This document shows positions 45,232 through 49,370 of a stretch of DNA of 49,370 nt, piece after piece. The position numbers and the translations under genes were made by a program. Within the stretch, counting starts at the first letter, position 1. Every line of letters starts with the position of its first letter. The notes under the pieces were generated by a model. The model was given only the letters and a program-made list of their open reading frames with translations. It had not been told where the DNA came from and searched no databases. The DNA is from a virus. Location: IMG/VR virus record IMGVR_UViG_3300048909_000032; one strand, 5' to 3'.

Positions 45232-47736
45232 ATGGCCAACCAGACCCAGCGGCTCGAACTCGCCACGGTTAACGCCGAACTCGGCAGCCACATTCTTTTC
45301 CGGTTCGCCAATGACGCCGTTGGTGCCGCCCTGATTCCGACCGACTCCGGCGATATCAAGAACCTGAAACAGGTTGTCGTCGACATCCAGGCGGACGGTG
45401 CGGAGAAGATCAGCTTCGCCACCACGATCTATCCGACCACGGCGGCCGGTATTGCCGCGACTACGGATGGCGCTATTTTTCTGGTGAAGTCGTCTGATCC
45501 GGACGAGATTTATGCCGTCTACAGCAACACGGCTGGCGTGGCGGTTGACACTGGGAAGCGGGCTCTGTCATCGCAGGCTATCGAAGATGCCATGACGGCC
45601 TCACAGGCCAGCGCTGATAACGCGGCTACCTCTGCTGGAGACGCTCAGGACTCTGCTGATGCTGCCACCGCCAGAGTCGCCCCGCTCTTGGGGCCATTTG
45701 CTTCGGCGCCGACCACGCGTAACGATGCATCTGCACTGCAGGAGGGTGACGAGTACCAAAACACCGTCGACCATCTTCGGTACAACTGGACCGGCGCGGC
45801 ATGGGTGGCGCTGAACAGCAGCGCGGCGTCTCTAGAAACGCGATTGGCAGACCAGACCGACCCAAGCAAAGGCTTGGCCTTGGTCGGCATGATGGGCACG
45901 GATGCGGCCACGTATCTTAAACAACTCCGCGTTCCCATAGAGCGCTTCGGCGCCGTCGGCGATTTTAACCCTTCGACACTGACAGGCACCAACAACAACG
46001 CGGCGTTCGCAGCGGCCAAGGCTTCCGGGCTAAAAATCCAGCTGAAGGCCGGCGCCAACTACATGTTTAGCACTGGCATTACGGTTTACGACGGCATGGA
46101 CTGGAAAGGTGATGATCGCGACTCATGCATTATCTCCTGCAAGCCAACCGCATCCGGTGTGATAGGTATTAGCGCCCCGCTGACCGGTCCAGCCATCAAT
46201 AACGTAACGCTGAAAGGCTTCTCGGTGGCTCGCGTCGGTTCTTTCGCAGAACACGGCGTATTGCTGGACAATATAAATGGCCTTGACGCAGAAATCGGGG
46301 TCCTCGGCAACGGCACCGCCCTCGGTGGCGCTTTCGGCATGTCCGCGTTCTACCCGCGCAACCGCCCCTCTACCAACTGTAAGGTGAGAGCAAAAATCGA
46401 CAAGGGCGGCAACTTCGGCCTGCAGTTCGGCAACGTAGACGGCGGCATAATGAAGGTGGACGCGACGGACACGATGCGCGAGGTTATCGGCATCGAGCCT
46501 TACGCTTTGGGGCGGTTCAACTTCGTCCAGGCAAACGTCACCGCCGATGCGATCACGCTCACCGCTCACGGACTGACGACCGGCTACCCGCTGCTGTACG
46601 CACCTCTCGGCAATTCAATCATTCCTGCGCTTACCCGTGCGGATTACTGGTTTGCCGTCGTGATTGACGCCAACACGATCAAGCTGGCGGCGACCAAGGC
46701 TCAGGCACTGGCTGGTACTACTGTTGCGCTCGCAGCGTTCACTGGCACTCACTGCCTGCTGAAATGCGGTATCGCTCGAAATATCAGGGTAGAGCAGTCA
46801 GCTATCACTGTGGGCGATGTCGCCTCATTCGGAACCACGACCGGGCTTGTCGACATCACCGCAGCCTCTGGCGGCTATCACGAAGGGATTTCTGTCGGAA
46901 AGGTCGTTGTTATCGAGAGAAACCCGACCTCCGGCAACCATGGGCTTTTCATCGGCGGCGCTCACAACGTGACCGTCTCCGGCTTCGAGTCTATCGGGTG
47001 CAAGCTGACGGCAGTGATGATCGACGCCGCTACCATTAACGCGATTTCGGACGCGACTGGCGCCATTGCGCCATCGCCCGCTATTACCTGTCGTCCGGTG
47101 GATGTTGTTGTTGATGCTCCGCAAGGACGTGAGTTTATTGGCGTAGGCGTGCGCGTTCGTAACGGCACGGTCATCGTCAGGCAGCCATACATGAGCAGTA
47201 CTGTAGCAGGTGCTATTGGCTTGCAGATGGAGGCAAACGCCGAGGTTATAGGCAGTCGCATCACCGGCGGGACAGCGGACTGCATAAACGGCACGGCGCT
47301 CTCCATGAGCGTGTATGGAAACAACCGCGACGTAAACGCGCAGAACATTCGGGATCGCCTAATAGAGCGCGTGGAGCGGCAGGCCATTCGGAAAACCGCC
47401 TCTGGTGCAAGCATTGCCGTGGCCACGCTGTCCGCTCAAGACGGCGGCACAAATCTGTATGCAGGCCAACTGTGCGTCATGGTGCGGACCTCAAATTTCA
47501 GCTCGGCAACGGTCGCCATGTACACGATTGATATTGTGAAAGCCAACACCGCGGCTTCCGCAGTCTTGTCCACAACTCATTCCCTGGGCCCTACTGCTGG
47601 CGCAGCATCAACTGATCCTAGCTTTACGTTCAGCATGGTTGGGAATGTGCTGACCGCAACGCCGGTTGGCAGTACATCGACGTCCACCGCCTGGAACTTC
47701 AACATTTCAGCGCTTGGCGACCTTGGCCTGTCGTGA
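45232..47736 (+). CDS. Tailspike / depolymerase-like receptor-binding protein (right-handed beta-helix, pectate-lyase-3-like)
   Basis: 834 aa. IERFGAVGDFNPSTLTGTNNNAAFAAAKASG matches the GA.GDG..DDT.A pectate-lyase-3 start. Gly/Asn/Val-rich repeats follow. Confidence 0.7.
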   Translation: MANQTQRLELATVNAELGSHILFRFANDAVGAALIPTDSGDIKNLKQVVVDIQADGAEKISFATTIYPTTAAGIAATTDGAIFLVKSSDPDEIYAVYSNTAGVAVDTGKRALSSQAIEDAMTASQASADNAATSAGDAQDSADAATARVAPLLGPFASAPTTRNDASALQEGDEYQNTVDHLRYNWTGAAWVALNSSAASLETRLADQTDPSKGLALVGMMGTDAATYLKQLRVPIERFGAVGDFNPSTLTGTNNNAAFAAAKASGLKIQLKAGANYMFSTGITVYDGMDWKGDDRDSCIISCKPTASGVIGISAPLTGPAINNVTLKGFSVARVGSFAEHGVLLDNINGLDAEIGVLGNGTALGGAFGMSAFYPRNRPSTNCKVRAKIDKGGNFGLQFGNVDGGIMKVDATDTMREVIGIEPYALGRFNFVQANVTADAITLTAHGLTTGYPLLYAPLGNSIIPALTRADYWFAVVIDANTIKLAATKAQALAGTTVALAAFTGTHCLLKCGIARNIRVEQSAITVGDVASFGTTTGLVDITAASGGYHEGISVGKVVVIERNPTSGNHGLFIGGAHNVTVSGFESIGCKLTAVMIDAATINAISDATGAIAPSPAITCRPVDVVVDAPQGREFIGVGVRVRNGTVIVRQPYMSSTVAGAIGLQMEANAEVIGSRITGGTADCINGTALSMSVYGNNRDVNAQNIRDRLIERVERQAIRKTASGASIAVATLSAQDGGTNLYAGQLCVMVRTSNFSSATVAMYTIDIVKANTAASAVLSTTHSLGPTAGAASTDPSFTFSMVGNVLTATPVGSTSTSTAWNFNISALGDLGLS

Positions 47737-47745
47737 CCCAATCCC

Positions 47746-47769
47746 GCCCGCCACCGCGCGGGCCTTTTT
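47746..47769 (+). terminator. Rho-independent terminator after the tailspike gene
   Basis: gcccgc-caccgc-gcgggc then cttttt. Confidence 0.6.
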
Positions 47770-47785
47770 CCCCATGGAGCAACCC

Positions 47786-48406
47786 ATGCCCATCACCCCG
47801 CAGCAGCTGCTGCAGATCCTCCCGAACGCCGGCCCAGTTGCCGGCGTTTTTGCGCCTGCGCTGAATGAGGCGATGGCGCGCTTCAAGATTGACACGCCAT
47901 TGCGCGTGGCTGCGTTCATTGCCCAGTGTGGCCATGAGTCCGGCCAGTTGCGCCAATTGGTCGAAAACCTGAACTACAGCGCCGAGGCCTTGCTCCGCAC
48001 CTGGCCGAAGCGCTTCACTCCGCAGACGGCCGCCGCAGTTGCGCGCAAGCCTGAGCAGATCGCGAACATCGTCTATGCCTCGCGCATGGGCAATGGGCCG
48101 TCGGTTACGGGGGATGGGTGGAAGTACCGCGGGCGTGGTGGATTTCAAATCACTGGATGGCTGAACTACCAGGCCTGTGGCCAAGCACTTAGCCTCGACC
48201 TGCTGACCAAGCCCGAACTGCTGGAGCAGCCAGTGTATGCCGCGCTGTCGGCTGCATGGTTCTGGTCGAGCAATGGGTTGAATGAACTGGCTGATGCTGG
48301 TCGGATCGAGGATGTGACCCGCCGGGTTAATGGCGGGCTTAATGGGCTTGATGATCGGATAGCAATCTACAAGCGTGCGCTAAATGTACTTGGCGTAGAA
48401 GTATGA
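47786..48406 (+). CDS. Endolysin, glycoside hydrolase family 19 (chitinase-like)
   Basis: RVAAFIAQCGHESGQLRQLVENLNYS...YASRMGNG....GDGWKYRGRGGFQITG..NY. GGAG lies 6 nt upstream of ATG 47786. Confidence 0.85.
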   Translation: MPITPQQLLQILPNAGPVAGVFAPALNEAMARFKIDTPLRVAAFIAQCGHESGQLRQLVENLNYSAEALLRTWPKRFTPQTAAAVARKPEQIANIVYASRMGNGPSVTGDGWKYRGRGGFQITGWLNYQACGQALSLDLLTKPELLEQPVYAALSAAWFWSSNGLNELADAGRIEDVTRRVNGGLNGLDDRIAIYKRALNVLGVEV

Positions 48407-48433
48407 GGCGCCCGGAGGCACCTGTGGGAAGGG

Positions 48434-48919
48434 TTATTGATTCAGCTCCTTGACCTTGTCGATGGCATTATTCCATCCTTCTGCGTAGGCAACTTCATCA
48501 ATGTTCGTGTTGTATAACTCAGTTTCCGGAACATGCTCGCGCTCAGGCAGCACCACCGATACCGGCGCTGGCGGCACACGGAAAAGCGGAACAAGGCAGC
48601 CTCCGTGTCGATTCTGAGTTTCGAGCAGATCGGTGATTTGGAAGTCCAGCGAGCTTCCGCCGACTGAGCCATCAAGGAGCCAGGCCGTCGGCTCAACCAT
48701 CCCGAGCAGTTCCTCGACATGCCCCGCTTCCTGAGCGAGAACGGCGCGCTCGTTCCACTTCTCAATCATTTTCTGAGAGAGCCAATCACGGCCTTTATGC
48801 ATCCAGCGCTGCTGACGCCCCGAGTGGCAGCTCGAACATTTTGTCTCCAGTCCGTCTGCTCGGTATTGCTTGAGGACTGGCTCTCCACCACAAAATGGAC
48901 ACGGTTTCAATTCACTCAT
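48434..48919 (-). CDS. Protein with N-terminal Lar-family (restriction alleviation) zinc ribbon
   Basis: MSELKPCPFCGGEPVLKQ.......KCSSC matches the Lar family start (L.PCPFCGG). The C-terminal 100 aa is unassigned. Confidence 0.55.
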   Translation of the reverse strand: MSELKPCPFCGGEPVLKQYRADGLETKCSSCHSGRQQRWMHKGRDWLSQKMIEKWNERAVLAQEAGHVEELLGMVEPTAWLLDGSVGGSSLDFQITDLLETQNRHGGCLVPLFRVPPAPVSVVLPEREHVPETELYNTNIDEVAYAEGWNNAIDKVKELNQ

Positions 48920-49155
48920 GGCTTCACTCCTTTTGGCTCTAGGCGTGCAAGACGTTCGCGCAAGGAATTGATCTCATCTTGATACTGATCAGCCAAGTCC
49001 GTCAGGTCATTGAAGTTGACCCAGTGGCCGTGCTTTTCCGGAACCCGGATAACACTGCCTTTTTCATCCTCGCCACCGCGCCAGAAGTTGAAGCGTGGCA
49101 ATTCATGAACCTTGTCCCACAGGTCAAAACCTTCGCGTGTTTGGATATTTCTCAT
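48916..49155 (-). CDS. Hypothetical protein, 79 aa, with the C-terminal coiled-coil motif shared with 22130..22258
   Basis: Track ORF, coupled to neighbours. Confidence 0.55.
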   Translation of the reverse strand: MRNIQTREGFDLWDKVHELPRFNFWRGGEDEKGSVIRVPEKHGHWVNFNDLTDLADQYQDEINSLRERLARLEPKGVKP

Positions 49156-49370
49156 GACTTGGCCTCTTCGGGTTTGTTGAGGGCGGCGTTTATTTTCTTG
49201 CCGTGATCGCAGGCCGCATAAGCGCTCTTGCGCATCGGCTCTGATGTAAGCTGATCCTCTCGGCTCAAGGTCAGGATAATTCCAGTAAGCACGCTATAGT
49301 GACCGCATGTCTCGCGCAGCAGATTGACCAGCACCGCATTCCGCCGCTCGGCGTCCGCAAGGCGCTGCTG
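49152..49370 (-). CDS. C-terminal part of the junction-spanning zinc-finger ORF (see 1..361)
   Basis: The frame is open to the right edge, and 49244..49370 duplicates 1..127. It ends ...SEPMRKSAYAACDHGKKINAALNKPEEAKS. Confidence 0.55.
   Translation of the reverse strand, partial: QQRLADAERRNAVLVNLLRETCGHYSVLTGIILTLSREDQLTSEPMRKSAYAACDHGKKINAALNKPEEAKS
49244..49370. repeat. Second copy of the 127-bp terminal repeat
   Basis: Identical to 1..127. Confidence 0.95.

Overview
The window is a complete, circularly closed tailed-phage genome. Bases 1-127 are identical to bases 49244-49370, so the unique length is about 49.24 kb. It is visibly GC-rich, and the host is probably Pseudomonas-like, judging by a host-type PhaZ homologue and by codon style. 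Layout: (1) A long leftward operon runs from about 14341 down to 1 and across the junction to 48434. It carries micro-ORFs, a recombination module (DUF1351-like, ERF, SSB, DEDDh exonuclease), a cytosine-5 DNA methyltransferase, a PhaZ-like hydrolase moron, a pentapeptide-repeat protein, a small serine recombinase, a candidate dioxygenase, an Rmf/CrpP-like peptide and a Lar-like protein. (2) An ORF-poor divergent control region of about 760 bp lies at 14342-15104. (3) Rightward early, replication and nin-like genes lie at 15105-23715: Cro/YdaS-like, RHH, Rha-like, replication initiator with internal iterons, DnaC-like loader, XRE, NinB, YbcO-like and VRR-NUC. (4) A late promoter, structured leader, tRNA(CAU) and terminator are followed by holin and overlapped spanins. 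(5) Portal, head, contractile-tail, baseplate and fibre genes come next, then unusually terS/terL, a beta-helix tailspike and a GH19 endolysin. Most notable observations: two almost co-extensive same-strand ORFs at the methyltransferase locus, each carrying complementary parts of a canonical C5-MTase; a phage-borne PHA depolymerase homologue with its own terminator, promoter and operator; an AGTCC-N8-GGACT operator family at operon boundaries, including that moron; a conserved roughly 40-nt leader element before two operon-leading genes; a predicted roughly 50-nt antisense sRNA; and a small insulated gene inside the head module. All family assignments come from reading motifs by eye. No searches were run.
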